IMG/VR virus record: IMGVR_UViG_3300041405_000060 | Span: 12,757-76,756 of that record | Length of the DNA stretch: 64,000 bases | Strand: one strand, 5' to 3' | Origin: a virus | In this document: positions 37,083 through 49,200 of the stretch, piece by piece | Position numbering within the stretch: position 1 is the stretch's first letter | Layout: every line of letters begins with the position of its first letter | Notes under the pieces: model-generated | What the model was told of the DNA's origin: nothing | What the model saw: only the letters and a program-made list of their open reading frames with translations | Database searches by the model: none | Made by a program: the position numbers and the translations under genes

Positions 37083-40000
37083 TTGCGGTTCCTCTGTAGA
37101 CACCTACCAGGTGCTTGGACAATTCAGCGAGAAGAATAGTTGTGGTTCCGATGAGTTTAGGACTCAGTACCATCCGCTCTTCTACGGATGTGTTACCGAA
37201 GATCAGATCGATGTCCAAACCGGATTTGGTTTGGTTAACGCCACGCATGACTCGGGAGAATACAGTTTTCATTTGGTTAGCAACTACACCTTTGTCACCG
37301 ACACCACAAGGGATATCGTGATCGATGTAAACGTTGATTACCAATGACTGTGGTTCGAGACCATTACCACGGATGCGGTATTCATGATCCACTTCACCAC
37401 TGAAGTATTCCAGTCCACGAGACTTAGCTTCTGCTTCACGAACCTTATCAGATTCGAAAGCAATGCGACGCAGTGAATCGGACATCTCATCACGATCACC
37501 GTGATAGAAGACTTCGACTTTAGACACTACACCGACGACCTTCGCACGAGGGGAATAGTTAGAGAGCTTCGCGAGTGTTTCACGCGATACCTCATCAAAC
37601 ACTGAGCCACCACCCGAGTCGGGGTCTTTAATCGTACATAGAATTGAATCCAAGTCTACACGATCCCCAGCTTTCACCATGTTTTCGATGTTCTGTTCGA
37701 ACTTCACAGCGATCGATTTGATCTTGGAAGTCTGAGTGTTCATCTTAATAGCACAGCGCTCAGAAATAACCGAGCCGTCTTCTAGAGTATCCAAGTTGTC
37801 ACTGAATGCAACGACTGTGTTGATACCCGCTTTCCAAATTACCTGTCCTGGGGACATGCGGTCTGGAGTGAAGTACTTCTCGTTATAAGCCAGAGTCTGA
37901 CCACGCTTAAACGTATCACCTGCTTTCAGATCGGAGATGATGGAGTGAGGGTAGTGGGTACCGGCTGCACTTCCGTGGATCTTACCCATTTGGTACGACG
38001 TAGTTTCACCATTAGCGTACTCGACAGTAATCCCGTACTCATCAACGGCAATAACCTTACCGTCATCTTCCGCCGCAGAAGCAAAGATGCTACTAGTGCG
38101 CTGGGCAACAATTTGCTCATAGCCTGTCCGAAGTGGAGTGGGCTCATATCCATCAGCATAAATCCCTTGTTGTTGTTGAATCGAGATGAAGTTGATACGC
38201 TTAGTATCGTCGTTCGTTGTAGCCACACCCAACAGTGCACAAGTCGACAGTTGTCGAGCAGGACCATCTTGCGTTGGATCGAACGGACGAGTCGTACCAC
38301 GCATCGAGTTGAAGTTAGCATCCGGAGTCAGGTAAGCAATTACACCTACGTCACCGGAGTCAACTGTAGACTCAGATACAACACCAACGTCAGCTTGTCC
38401 ATATACACGAGTACGTGCAACCATCGATGTAGTAGAACGACCACCATCGCCACGATAAGTCATCGACTCTTGTTCCCGGATGTTAGCCATCGGGTTAGAG
38501 TCTTCTACAACCATCACGGTAGGATCTTGAGCGATCTTCTTCCAAACAACCGAAGGGTCCATTTGTACTTGAACAGCAGCAGAACCTGTAGAACCGTTAA
38601 AGCGTTTCACGGCTTTGTTCAGCTCGTTGTACACCGTACCTGCCATACGCTCATAGCCACGATAACGCATGTAAGCACCGTCTACCTCGGAAGGCGACCA
38701 GTCAATCAGCAGCATATCTACAGCTCGATACAGCAAGGCATCAAACGTAGTAGGTTCACCCATCTGTTTCAACAGACCTTCAGTAATCGGGTCCATCCAG
38801 GCAGCAAACAATGCATCGATCTCTTTTGTGAATCGTGCAGTCATCCCAGTTTCCAACAGGAGACGCTGATACACATCGGGCTTATCGAAATCGTAGATAG
38901 AGAAGTTAGGCATCAACTTAGCATACCGACGCATACCACCCAGTACGAGTTGTGTCCGATAGTCAGCACGATCAAATACCAACACTTCGTCTTGGAAAGC
39001 CATGACATAGTTATCGGAAGTCAATGGAATACGTTCACCACGTTTGTGACGGGTGTACTTCGCATTCAATCGTTTCAACGTAGCTGTCAAACCGTACTTG
39101 TAGCCAAACACAAATGCCATCGGTAGTTCTTTCGAACCGACGTTCATGAACGCACCTTCCAGCGGAGCCTTAGCCTGATCCAAACCTAAGAGTTCAACAA
39201 TAGAACCCAGTGGCTCAAGATCATCACCTTGCTTCACATAGAACTGACCGGTCTTATCAATCATGATCGGTGCTTTGCCTTTGTGTACCCCAACCATCGT
39301 GTACTGATTGGTCTCGTGCTTAGTAGCATCGATCTTGTACTTGGATTGGAAGTAGTCGATATGGTCATCGAACTTGAAGTACAGGAACATAGGGCCAGAA
39401 GTGAAACCACGGAATGCAGAACCCAGCTGTGTGTAAACGCGTGGGAGAGCGTATGCGGACTGATCGAGCTCAGCGTAGAGAACGCCAGTGATACGATCAT
39501 CATTAGGGTCTAGAGCACGCTCACGAACCTGACGGGTAATCCATGCATCGTAGTTGTGCGCAGCCAAATGCGAACGAGTAACAAACGTCTTGTTGTAGTA
39601 CGAAGTCATCGCTACTGTGTCAGGCTTCACCTTACGGATCGGCAAGTCAGCACGCTGCATACGCATCCGGTAAGTAACACCGTTCGAGATGAAACGTCCA
39701 TCACGATCTACAACAGGGATACGGAAATACACAGTACCCGGTTTGCCACGAATAGGCTTCAAGGTTACTTTGTGGATCTCGTAGTGGTTCATTGCGTTAC
39801 GCACTTCTTCCACTTCGTAGTTCGTTACCGACGTACCTTGCTTCTGTACCGACAGTACCGCTTGGATGATATCTTTCTTACGCAGAGACGTCTGATACTT
39901 ACGTGTCATCGCCTTAAGCTTGGAACCCAACATGGACTTATCGAGAATAGTATCCGAGTCAGCCAGTTGTGTATCGGCAGGTAGTTCAAAGTCTTCCTGC

Positions 40001-41553
40001 TTATATTCCATCGCTTCTTCTAAAGACAAACCCGAACCGAAAGGATCTTTGATGGTCTTGTAGGACTGCGCATCCGTTAGAGCTTGTTCGAACGTACGTG
40101 GGGCAATGATACCCAACTTGTACAGTTCGTATGCAGGTTGTGCAACACCAGCTACTACCGGGACGGCTTCAGCCACTTCAGGAGGGATGGCATCCACTCG
40201 TTGAGTTTCAACCTTAAGCTCCCGTGGCCGATGAACCAGTTCAGGATCACTTTCAATTTGGAGCTTCGTTGTGAAGAGCTCTGCATCCGGCGGGTTATAA
40301 GTCGCTCCATCTTCGGAGAAGTCGAGACTAGGGATACTAAAGGCAGGGATTTCGAACGAGTCTTCTGCTTGAGCAGTGTCGACTTTGTCATCCTCACTGC
40401 CATGTTCACTTTCGTGATCTTCGCTGTCGTCTTCATCTTCGTCATGTTTCTTACCGTTCCCGTTCTCTTCTTCCACGTCAACCAAATTAGAATGGTCGAT
40501 AACGTTAGAGAGAGCTTCCGCCTGATGGCTATATTCTGTCATGGCTGTCAGCAAAGACAACACACGACGTTGCATGACCAATGGAGGGAAGAATGCTTCC
40601 ATACCCAGAGCGTCAATGAATGTCTCTTGAGAAACCTGGTTGGTCAGACCGTACTCTTGCATAACCGAGTGGATGTGGTTAAAGGCTGGTTGTTCGTCTT
40701 CACGGATATCTTCGAAACCCATGTCGAATACTTGCTTACCAAACTTGTTGATAAACTCTTCGACCGAGATATCGGCTTCTACGTCTTTCGAACCATCACG
40801 CCATTCATCCAGTGCACCCATGTTCAACACAACGAACCGATCACGAGCACGAATCAAGAACCAGATCTTGTTGTACATATCCGGCTGAACAACCGACATC
40901 ATCGATTGATCACGCTGTGGACCTAACCAACGATACAGATCCCAAATAGAGAACTGTTGTGGAGTAGTGAAATGTTCCAGCATGGTTTGGTTCTGATTGT
41001 CTGACATCCGTTTAAAGGAAGCCAGGTCAGGCATTTGATCTGGTAGGTGGATCTCTACAAATTGCTCCCAACCGAAACGACGATGGGAAGCGGCAACGTT
41101 TTGCCAGAACGTACGCTGGTTGTTAGACCAACGCAAGAACGATGCTTTGAAGTTAGCCTGGTAGATCCATTGTGGGTCCAGCAGGTTGTAGTTGTAAACC
41201 AAGATGTTGAGAGGGTTGATTGACAACGCCTCATCTTTAGTCAGTGGTTTGAAAAAAGCATGGTGCTGACGGAACTCAGCTTGAAGCTTAGTCCCTGTCA
41301 GTGCTGACTTCCGAGGATTGCCCTCAGTCGATACCAGATTCAGTACATGTTCAATGTACACTTTACCGGTAGCTTTGTTGAACATCGGATCGGACTGCGA
41401 CGGTCCGCGGACCGCCGTGTTAGGATCAGAGAAGTGAACAATCGACCGTTGTGGTAGAAAGAACTTGTTCAACAGGTGTAGCTTGGGTTGTTGGAGTTTG
41501 CCCTGTTCGAAGACAGTATACTGTTTCCGAAATTGTTCGATCTGTAAGCGCAT
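37066..41553 (-). CDS. rpoB: Virion RNA polymerase beta subunit, large piece (phiKZ gp178-like)
   Basis: G.FISNG..Y...Q, ES.TVDSGDVG, NDDTKR...QQQQ, LEDGSVISE and GVGDK....NQMK.V (RpoB GDK...R.GNKG). Confidence 0.92.
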   Translation of the reverse strand: MRLQIEQFRKQYTVFEQGKLQQPKLHLLNKFFLPQRSIVHFSDPNTAVRGPSQSDPMFNKATGKVYIEHVLNLVSTEGNPRKSALTGTKLQAEFRQHHAFFKPLTKDEALSINPLNILVYNYNLLDPQWIYQANFKASFLRWSNNQRTFWQNVAASHRRFGWEQFVEIHLPDQMPDLASFKRMSDNQNQTMLEHFTTPQQFSIWDLYRWLGPQRDQSMMSVVQPDMYNKIWFLIRARDRFVVLNMGALDEWRDGSKDVEADISVEEFINKFGKQVFDMGFEDIREDEQPAFNHIHSVMQEYGLTNQVSQETFIDALGMEAFFPPLVMQRRVLSLLTAMTEYSHQAEALSNVIDHSNLVDVEEENGNGKKHDEDEDDSEDHESEHGSEDDKVDTAQAEDSFEIPAFSIPSLDFSEDGATYNPPDAELFTTKLQIESDPELVHRPRELKVETQRVDAIPPEVAEAVPVVAGVAQPAYELYKLGIIAPRTFEQALTDAQSYKTIKDPFGSGLSLEEAMEYKQEDFELPADTQLADSDTILDKSMLGSKLKAMTRKYQTSLRKKDIIQAVLSVQKQGTSVTNYEVEEVRNAMNHYEIHKVTLKPIRGKPGTVYFRIPVVDRDGRFISNGVTYRMRMQRADLPIRKVKPDTVAMTSYYNKTFVTRSHLAAHNYDAWITRQVRERALDPNDDRITGVLYAELDQSAYALPRVYTQLGSAFRGFTSGPMFLYFKFDDHIDYFQSKYKIDATKHETNQYTMVGVHKGKAPIMIDKTGQFYVKQGDDLEPLGSIVELLGLDQAKAPLEGAFMNVGSKELPMAFVFGYKYGLTATLKRLNAKYTRHKRGERIPLTSDNYVMAFQDEVLVFDRADYRTQLVLGGMRRYAKLMPNFSIYDFDKPDVYQRLLLETGMTARFTKEIDALFAAWMDPITEGLLKQMGEPTTFDALLYRAVDMLLIDWSPSEVDGAYMRYRGYERMAGTVYNELNKAVKRFNGSTGSAAVQVQMDPSVVWKKIAQDPTVMVVEDSNPMANIREQESMTYRGDGGRSTTSMVARTRVYGQADVGVVSESTVDSGDVGVIAYLTPDANFNSMRGTTRPFDPTQDGPARQLSTCALLGVATTNDDTKRINFISIQQQQGIYADGYEPTPLRTGYEQIVAQRTSSIFASAAEDDGKVIAVDEYGITVEYANGETTSYQMGKIHGSAAGTHYPHSIISDLKAGDTFKRGQTLAYNEKYFTPDRMSPGQVIWKAGINTVVAFSDNLDTLEDGSVISERCAIKMNTQTSKIKSIAVKFEQNIENMVKAGDRVDLDSILCTIKDPDSGGGSVFDEVSRETLAKLSNYSPRAKVVGVVSKVEVFYHGDRDEMSDSLRRIAFESDKVREAEAKSRGLEYFSGEVDHEYRIRGNGLEPQSLVINVYIDHDIPCGVGDKGVVANQMKTVFSRVMRGVNQTKSGLDIDLIFGNTSVEERMVLSPKLIGTTTILLAELSKHLVGVYRGTANAKSK

Positions 41554-41555
41554 GT

Positions 41556-43208
41556 TTAGGTCCTTGGTTTTGGATCGCCAGTCATATACCGGAGCACGAG
41601 GTTAACGGTGTGAATAGTAGAACGGAATGCCAGTCCACCTTCAGCATCGGTATACGCGATACGAGAACGGAAGAACTTATCGATTTCTGCAAGAGCTTCT
41701 TTCGAGTAAACAATGTTTACCGATACGGTGTCACCGTCAAAGTCAGCGCCGAGCGGAGAAAGGATCGCTGGTGATACAGACGTAGAGTCGTGCCACTGTG
41801 CAGTCTTACCGACTTCAAGCATTGGGTATTCAAATGCCACCGGTCCAGTAACGTCACGTTTGAAGTCAGGACCGAGTGGATAGCGAAGTTCACCAGTAAC
41901 CGTTGTCTTAACGTAGATAGACACCGGAATAGAACTGTTGTAGTTTTCTACGGGGTAACGAGTAACGAACCCACGCAGTTTGTACCACATACTTAATCCA
42001 CCAAGGTAGATGAGTTCAGCATAGGTAATCGGACGGGCCCACTTCTGATCAAAGCCAGCTGGGATTTCATTGATGTCTCTGAGGATTCGATAGTTCTTCT
42101 TATCATCCAGATAAACCAATGCTAGGTAATGTCCAGCAATCTCAACAGCACGAGAACGTTTGTCAATAACTTCCAGTTCGTTCATGACTCGCTCTAGACC
42201 CTGAGGTGTAGACCAAGTATCCATGTCGTCAACGGATACATCAACCCACTCTTTGACCAACGTCTTCTTATTAACCAGCTCAACCCGGTTAGACATGGTT
42301 TCAAAGATCTCACCAATGATACCAGTCCGAAGACCATAGATCGTTTTAGGAGCAGCACCACGAGATGCTTGGTGCAAACCGATCACACAGTCTTTAAACT
42401 TAGGTCGGTTAGGTTCACCCAAGTCAGCTGCGTTAGTATCCATCGAGGAGATAACGTTACGAGTACCGTTGAATACACGGCGAGAAGCCCACTTCGATTG
42501 TACATAGCCCGACTTACCAGAGATCAGTTTCTCATAGTGGTCGTAGATCTCTTGTACACGCAGTTGCATTGCAACACGACGTTTGTCATACATGGACAGA
42601 TCAGCATTCTGACCAAAGTGTTCTGGGATACCAGTAGACTGTTGGAGCAATACGCGATAGACATCGTTGATCTCATCGTATTCGATTCGACCATCTGGGT
42701 TTGGCTCGGCTTCACGATAGGCCGCTGGGATTACCAGCATGGCTGACATTTCTGAGCGATCACGGTTTTCATTCACAAGCTTCAAACGAACTCGACGGAT
42801 ATCCGAATCAGTTTCTTTAAACTCTACACGCTTCCAGTTATCGAAGAAGAACGTATAACCGGTTTGACCATCTAGTTCCGATGCTTTAACGAAGTCTTTT
42901 AGTTCTTCATCAAACACAGCGTATTGACGACCCAGCAAGATCTCTTCATAGAAACCTTTAAGCTTCAGGATGTTGCGATAAACCAAGGGATGGATTACAG
43001 GGAGACCCAACTTGATGTAACCGAAGTTACTTTCGCGTTCATGACTACCAACCCGTCCAAAAATAGAAACGGAGAACAAACCATCCTCATGGAAGTTGCC
43101 CCCATTACCCACGAAGATCTCGTGAGAGGTTACTCGCCCGAGACGAGAGAGCATATTTCTGTCGGGAATTAGCAGTGAAATATTGAAAGGTAATAAGGCC
43201 TTTTTCAT
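41556..43208 (-). CDS. rpoC: Virion RNA polymerase beta' subunit with catalytic DFDGD (phiKZ gp180-like)
   Basis: DGLFS..IFG, FGYIKL..PVIHP, SGKSG...SRRVFNGTRNVI, TRYP and LGADFDGD; RBS AAGGA before ATG 43208. Confidence 0.93.
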   Translation of the reverse strand: MKKALLPFNISLLIPDRNMLSRLGRVTSHEIFVGNGGNFHEDGLFSVSIFGRVGSHERESNFGYIKLGLPVIHPLVYRNILKLKGFYEEILLGRQYAVFDEELKDFVKASELDGQTGYTFFFDNWKRVEFKETDSDIRRVRLKLVNENRDRSEMSAMLVIPAAYREAEPNPDGRIEYDEINDVYRVLLQQSTGIPEHFGQNADLSMYDKRRVAMQLRVQEIYDHYEKLISGKSGYVQSKWASRRVFNGTRNVISSMDTNAADLGEPNRPKFKDCVIGLHQASRGAAPKTIYGLRTGIIGEIFETMSNRVELVNKKTLVKEWVDVSVDDMDTWSTPQGLERVMNELEVIDKRSRAVEIAGHYLALVYLDDKKNYRILRDINEIPAGFDQKWARPITYAELIYLGGLSMWYKLRGFVTRYPVENYNSSIPVSIYVKTTVTGELRYPLGPDFKRDVTGPVAFEYPMLEVGKTAQWHDSTSVSPAILSPLGADFDGDTVSVNIVYSKEALAEIDKFFRSRIAYTDAEGGLAFRSTIHTVNLVLRYMTGDPKPRT

Positions 43209-43261
43209 CTTTCGGGTCCTTTTGGGGTTAACGATATGAAGTTCATGTCTGGAGCTACACC

Positions 43262-46200
43262 ATGGCAAGCAATAAAACAAAATTGGCGGAGGCCAGTACA
43301 AAGTCAGCATTCGATTTCGATGACGACTTTGACAGTCTATTTGAAGATGAGCAACTTAGCGGAAAGAAACGTTCCCCCGTTAAGGATTTCATGGCTGGCT
43401 TCAAAGATGGCGTCCTGGATAAAGGCAAAAATAAAAGTCTATTGAAAGCATTCCTGACTAACGGCGCCCCTAAGGGTTATGACCGTTTGTTCGGCGCTTA
43501 CGATCAGATGAAGAATTCTGCTGAGTCTCTGAAAGATCACCTAGAGAAAACAAACCCTGGGGATCTGCAATATCTTTTCAAACGGGCGGAATCTTTCTTA
43601 CCCTCAATGAAAGGGAAGTTGTCCGATAGCACCTACGATCGGATTAACACGGCCCTATCCAATAAGGCTGACCAGTACAAATACCAAATCGAAGCGAACC
43701 AAGATCAGTCACGTTTGGCTATTCGTCGGCAGAGAGCCCAAGACGAAGAAACTATCAAACAGGGTCTGGGTGAAGATCTTCGAAGTGCAGTCGACCAAGG
43801 TACAGTTATTCAACGTAACTTGTTCAACATGGGTCAGGAGGCCGAGCAACGTCGCTGGGATCTCGAACGTATTGAACGTGGCCTACGTGACCAAGTAGAT
43901 AACAAACACCACCAGACCGTCGCTCGTGGTCTTGCACAAGCAGTCGATTCGTTGACTCGTATGGCAAGCTACGCTGAACAGGTCGATTACGATTTTAAAC
44001 GCAAAGGCTTAGAACTGCAGTTCCGTTCTTATCAAGCATTGCGTGACATGTCCAAGTTGGCAGAAGCACAACTGGAGATGCAAAACAAAGCATTCCAAGC
44101 TTTGGTACGTAATACAGGTTTACCGGATCACCTCAAGTCTTCTATGAAAGATCTGGTTGGTATGAACATGCGTCAAGGTATGGCGGGAGCCGGTTCCTCG
44201 ATGGTGGGTCGTACGCTGTCGGGTTTCTTAGGTGGCTACGGTGGTAACGTCCAAGGTCGTATCAACAACAAAGCTTCGGGTGCGTTGTCGGGTATGGTCC
44301 AAGGGTTACAAGCCGGTGAGTCGATGGGTGACTTCTGGGATCAGCGCTACCGGTTAGCTGGTGGTTTGGCTGCCGACGGGTTACACGGTTTTGCCCGTAA
44401 TACCATCGCTCCAATTGCTGGTCGTGCGCTTCGTCCTGCTATGACACGTATGTCTAACAAGCATGGTAAAGGTAAGCACAACCAAGTCGGTTATGCCATG
44501 GACAACATTCCTGCTTTTATGCAGGAGTATGTGAATAACTACCAGAACTCTTACGGTGCCAAAGGCGTACTGCAAGACATCTTACGTCCGTTCACACCAC
44601 AGTTTGGTTTGGACACAACGACGAAGGCGGGTAACTATCAAACAATTGGCCAGCACACAGCGTTCAACCAATTATCGCAGCGTTCGCTGACTGAAGTCCT
44701 CCCAGGATTCCAGGCTCGTATCTTGCGTGAATTGCGTATGATCCGTAGCGGTAAAGATGACGTTCCAATGGAAGTCTTCGATATCACTAAAGGTGTGTTC
44801 ACGACTTCTAAAGAAGCGAATGCCAACCAGCGAGATCGTATCGTATCGAAAGGTACTACCCGAATGGTATCGGGCCAGATCTCCGAGACTCTAGATATCA
44901 TCGATAAAGATGGTAAGTTGTCAACTGGTGCACGAAAAGCATTGTCTGAGCGGTTACTGCGTGACGCCTCCAGTAACAAACGTTTTGACCCAATGCGTTA
45001 CGGTTCTAAGAACGGTTATAAAGAAGGGACTTCAAAAGAGACCTTAGCTGAACTGGAATCATTCTTCAAAGGTCAATTCGAACGTGATGAGAAAGGTAAG
45101 TTTGCCGATACGGCAGCTAACCATGAAAAGCGTAAATTAATGTCGGACTCGTTCCTGAACATTCGTAACGTATCACGTGACCCTGCGGCCGAGATCCATC
45201 GTCTTATTGAAGCGGGTAAAACCGATCAACTTCGTGAGCTGGGTATCCTGCAAACCATCGATGGTCAAGACCGGATTAACTATCCGATGCTTTGGCAGAT
45301 GATGTCGCAAGACGTCAGTATGAAACACGGTGGTCAAGGTGCTAACTATCACGATGCTGATGGTGACACTGGTAGTCGTAACTTCGTGGGTCCACACTTC
45401 CCTGGTCGTTTGTCTGCTGCATCACAATCTGCCGCTGTTCGTTTCCTCGAAGGTCCACAAGGCCAAGCTGCGAAAGACGGCATCAAGCGGATCGGTAGTG
45501 GCGCTAAGGATCTGATGGATCAGTTCAAAGCCGACCCACAACAGTTTATGCGGGATCAGTACAATGCTGGTTCTACCGCTGTTAAAGGACGTGCACAGAA
45601 TCTGAAGGATTCCGCTACCGCTGCAGCCGACGCTGCTAAAGCTGGTGGTCTGCCCGCAATCATGGAACACTTCTCTGCTCAAGAGAAACTGGACTTTGCT
45701 AAGTCGTTGCTGAATAACGTTATCGACAAAGAACCTCCTGCAATGCGGGAAGCTCGTTTGCAGATGGCTCAAGCAATTATCAACTCAATCAATTCGACTA
45801 AAGAAGCGGGCTCTAAAGCACTGGCTTCTGAATCTGGTCAAAAGGCTTTGGCTGCTGGTAACAGCGTCATGGCTCTAGGCCACGATAAAGTTGATCAGAT
45901 GAAACGATCTGAAGCTGCTGGTATTGTCGATCTAAAACTACAGGGTGCTAACGATACGCTTATTAAAGCTATCGACATGATCCAAGGTAAGTTGATTGAC
46001 GTCAATACTGGTAAGGTGATTGAGAAAGCTTCCGACATTACTGGTGAAGTGCGTAACATCTTTAACCAACAAGTTGCTTCTGCTGAAGAAGTGGCTCGCG
46101 GGTTGTACGATGACCGTGGTAACTTAATGTCTCGTGCTAAGGTTAAGCTGGATAGCATCCAAGCTGTGATCAGTAAGCATGCCACAAACGCATTGAACTC

Positions 46201-49200
46201 GGCTAAAGAAAAACTAGACGACATGAAAGACTGGTGTCTAGAAGGTACTGACCGGGTAATCATCAAAGCGCGTGATCTGGCTGAAGGTAATTTGATCGAC
46301 GAAGAAACCGGGGAACCGATCTATTCGTTGGATGATATCAAAGGTACCATCACTGACCAATACGGACAGATTGTTGCAACCGCACAAGAACTGGCTCGGG
46401 GTCTACGTTCTACCGATGGTAAGAAGTTTGACATGCAGGACGTTAAGAACCGTGCTGCTAAATTAGCTTCTCAGATCTGGCGGGGTAATACAACACAGAA
46501 CGTTTTTGCTAGTATGCAAATGGCCGGCAAAGCGGCGTGGATGATCGCACGTAATACCGCTGCTCGAATCATGGGTGACCGTGATGCTTACTTGCCGGGT
46601 AATCTGAAACCTGTCCTTACAGTTGAGAAACTGAAAGAGGGTGGATACCTGGATAAAGACCAGAAAGTTATCAAGTCCTTTGGGGATATCAACGGTCCTG
46701 TATTTGATGCTGAATCGGGTGAGCCTCTGTTGGATAAATCCGAACTGAAAAGTTTGGTTGATACTAACGGGAAGAAGCACAAGATCGCTAAGAACCAAGG
46801 GCTTGTTCGTAAGATTGTCGGGGGTGCTGTCAAAGGCTACTGGAACCTTACTAAGAAGTACTACGGGGCTTTGGGGCGGGAGATGGGTAACGACGCTCAC
46901 GCGTTGGCTAAGACGGTCATGGCGCCGATCGGATCGTTCTCCAAACGTCAACTTGCAAGTCTGTCTACCACTGATCAAGTATTAGTGCAAATTCGTGATG
47001 CTATCCGTGAAACCGTACCGAAGAAAAATCGGAAAGGTAGCTGGATGGATAAGAACGAACAACGATCGGCTGAAGAGAAGAATAAGGAAGCGAAGGAAGA
47101 TCGCGAGCAGAAGGAATCTAAAGGCTTGTTCAGCAAAATGTCTACAGCCTTAAGTGGTCTGTGGGGCAAAATGATGGGCAAGAAAAAAGATGAGGAGGAA
47201 GAGGAAGAAGGCGGGATCATGGATACCGTCGGCGATGCTGTCTCTACTGCTGCTGATGCCAAAGATCTATTACCTGATGGTAAAGGTCGTCGACGCCGTG
47301 TAAGGGGCGGTGGTCGCTTTGGTAAGATGGGTGCACGTATTGCTGGTTCCCGTCTAGGTCAAGCTGCTGCTTCTACTGGTGGTCGTTTGATGGCTACCGC
47401 CGGTGGTCAGATGGCTGCTCGCGGTGCAATGATGGTCGGCACTGCTTTGGCTTCCCTGGTATCTGCTCCGGTATTAATCGGTGCGGCTGTAGTTGCAGGC
47501 GTGGCTGTTGCTGGCTACTTTACTTACAAGTACTTCGCTGGTGTTAAAGGTGAGTTCATGTCGGTACGTATGCTACAGTACGGTATCACTTCTACCCGTC
47601 AACGTCACAAGATCCTCAGCCTGGAACAATTGATGGAGAAGACTGCCATGCGTGGTCAGAATCCTCAAATGAACATCAGTGCTGCTGGTGGTAAAGCTAT
47701 CTTGGACATCATGGGTCTGGATGCTAATGACGAAGCTTCGATCCACCGCTTTGCTCGTTGGATGGACGTACGTTTCAAACCTGTATTCTGTCAGTGGTTA
47801 AAAGCCCTTGACACTATTGGCAAGACTCAATTGTCTCTGACCGATATCGAAGAGAAAGTAGATGATCCATTGAAAGGTAGTCTCGTTAAAGAGATCTCCA
47901 TGGACTACGGCGATGGTTCTCCGTTCTCCTGCCGTGATAACCCATTCGGTGATACTGATCCGTTGGATGACACTGTAGAAGAAACAAAAGAACGTATCAA
48001 AGAACTCTCTGAGAAATACAAGGTTGACGGTAAGGCTGACAAAGACAAATCTGAACTCCCAGGTGTAAAACCGAAAGCTGATGAAGCTAATAAGGATACA
48101 ACTGAGAATAAAGAGAAAGGTGCTTTGGTTGGTGCGACTGCCGCTGCTGCCGCGAAAGCTGCTGCAGAAAGTGCTAAGGTTGCGGGTAAAGCCGTAAACG
48201 AGCAGAAAGCAGAAGCAGCTAAGTCTGTATCCCAACGTGTTAACGAGATGGCTAAAGTTGCTGGTGTAGGTGCTGCTGCTGGTGGAGCAATGCTGATGGT
48301 TGGTCCTGTACCAATTGCATCACAAGAACTTGCTGCATTGGATGCTATCCGAGCTCGTGCTTACGGCATGGAAACACTTAACAAGAATGACATGGAAGCT
48401 TTGATTGCAATGGAAACCCGCGTGGACCTGCAGTCTAAGACCGATCAGTCTGGGCAAGTGAAGTTCAACGGTGATATGGAGAAATTCATTACCGGTGCCG
48501 GAGGTCTGTTCGGTTTGAATACCGCTGACCATGGTCCTGATCGAATCAAGTTTGTTAACTGGTTCATGGAACGTTTCTTGCCTGTGTGTGAAACCTTCTT
48601 GACTCGTGCACGTGCCGTTTATAAAGGCAAACCTGCCAACGCTGCTACCGGCATTAAGCTAGGTGACCAAGTTACCGTAGCTAACGCTTTGATGGGTGCT
48701 GTTAACCCGAAAGGTACAAGCGTTTGGTCCAGTCCTACAATCTTTACTGTTAAAGGTAAGTTGGAGGATCTGAAAGGGTTGGCTGATATCGACATGGCTT
48801 ATCTCCAAAAGCAAGCTGACGCCGTGATGGCATCTCCGACACAATCGGCAGGTGCTCAAGCTCAAGGTGCTCAAGATGCTGCAGGAGGCAAGTCGTTCTT
48901 GGGCAGTATTGGCGATAAGATCGGTAGTGCTTATGATTCGGCTAAGAACGCCGTGTCTGGAGCTGTAGATTCTGCCGGTAGTGCTTTGTCTAGCGCTGCA
49001 TCTACTGTTAAGCAGTGGGGTAAGTCTGCAGGTACTGCGGTTGCAGCTGCGGGTGTTAAAGCCTACGGTGCTGCATCGGAAGCAATAACGGGTCAATCGT
49101 ACGGTTACGTGTCTGGTGGTAACGGTGGTTCATGGGAACAAGTTCCAATGCCTACATCGAAAGATGCTAAGGGTTCCCGGAAGACTATGGAAGTGGTTGC

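Noticed and set aside
37945-39126. 393-aa plus-strand ORF, and many other long antisense ORFs (e.g. 367-1245, 1663-2583, 33553-34458, 40084-40926)
   Set aside because: They are shadows of strongly codon-biased genes on the opposite strand, with no RBS or protein-like motifs.
37066-43208. Introns or inteins in the RNA polymerase genes
   Set aside because: The frames are continuous, and no intein (C...HN) or homing-endonuclease motifs were recognised.
8521-43208. Split multisubunit RNA polymerase as a novel system
   Set aside because: Fragmented virion RNAP is an established hallmark of phiKZ-like phages.
41556-43310. Extended starts in the ORF track (43310, 50287, 32472, 60209, 13450, 24242, 17092)
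   Set aside because: They overlap neighbours, terminators or promoters, or lack an RBS; downstream ATGs fit better.
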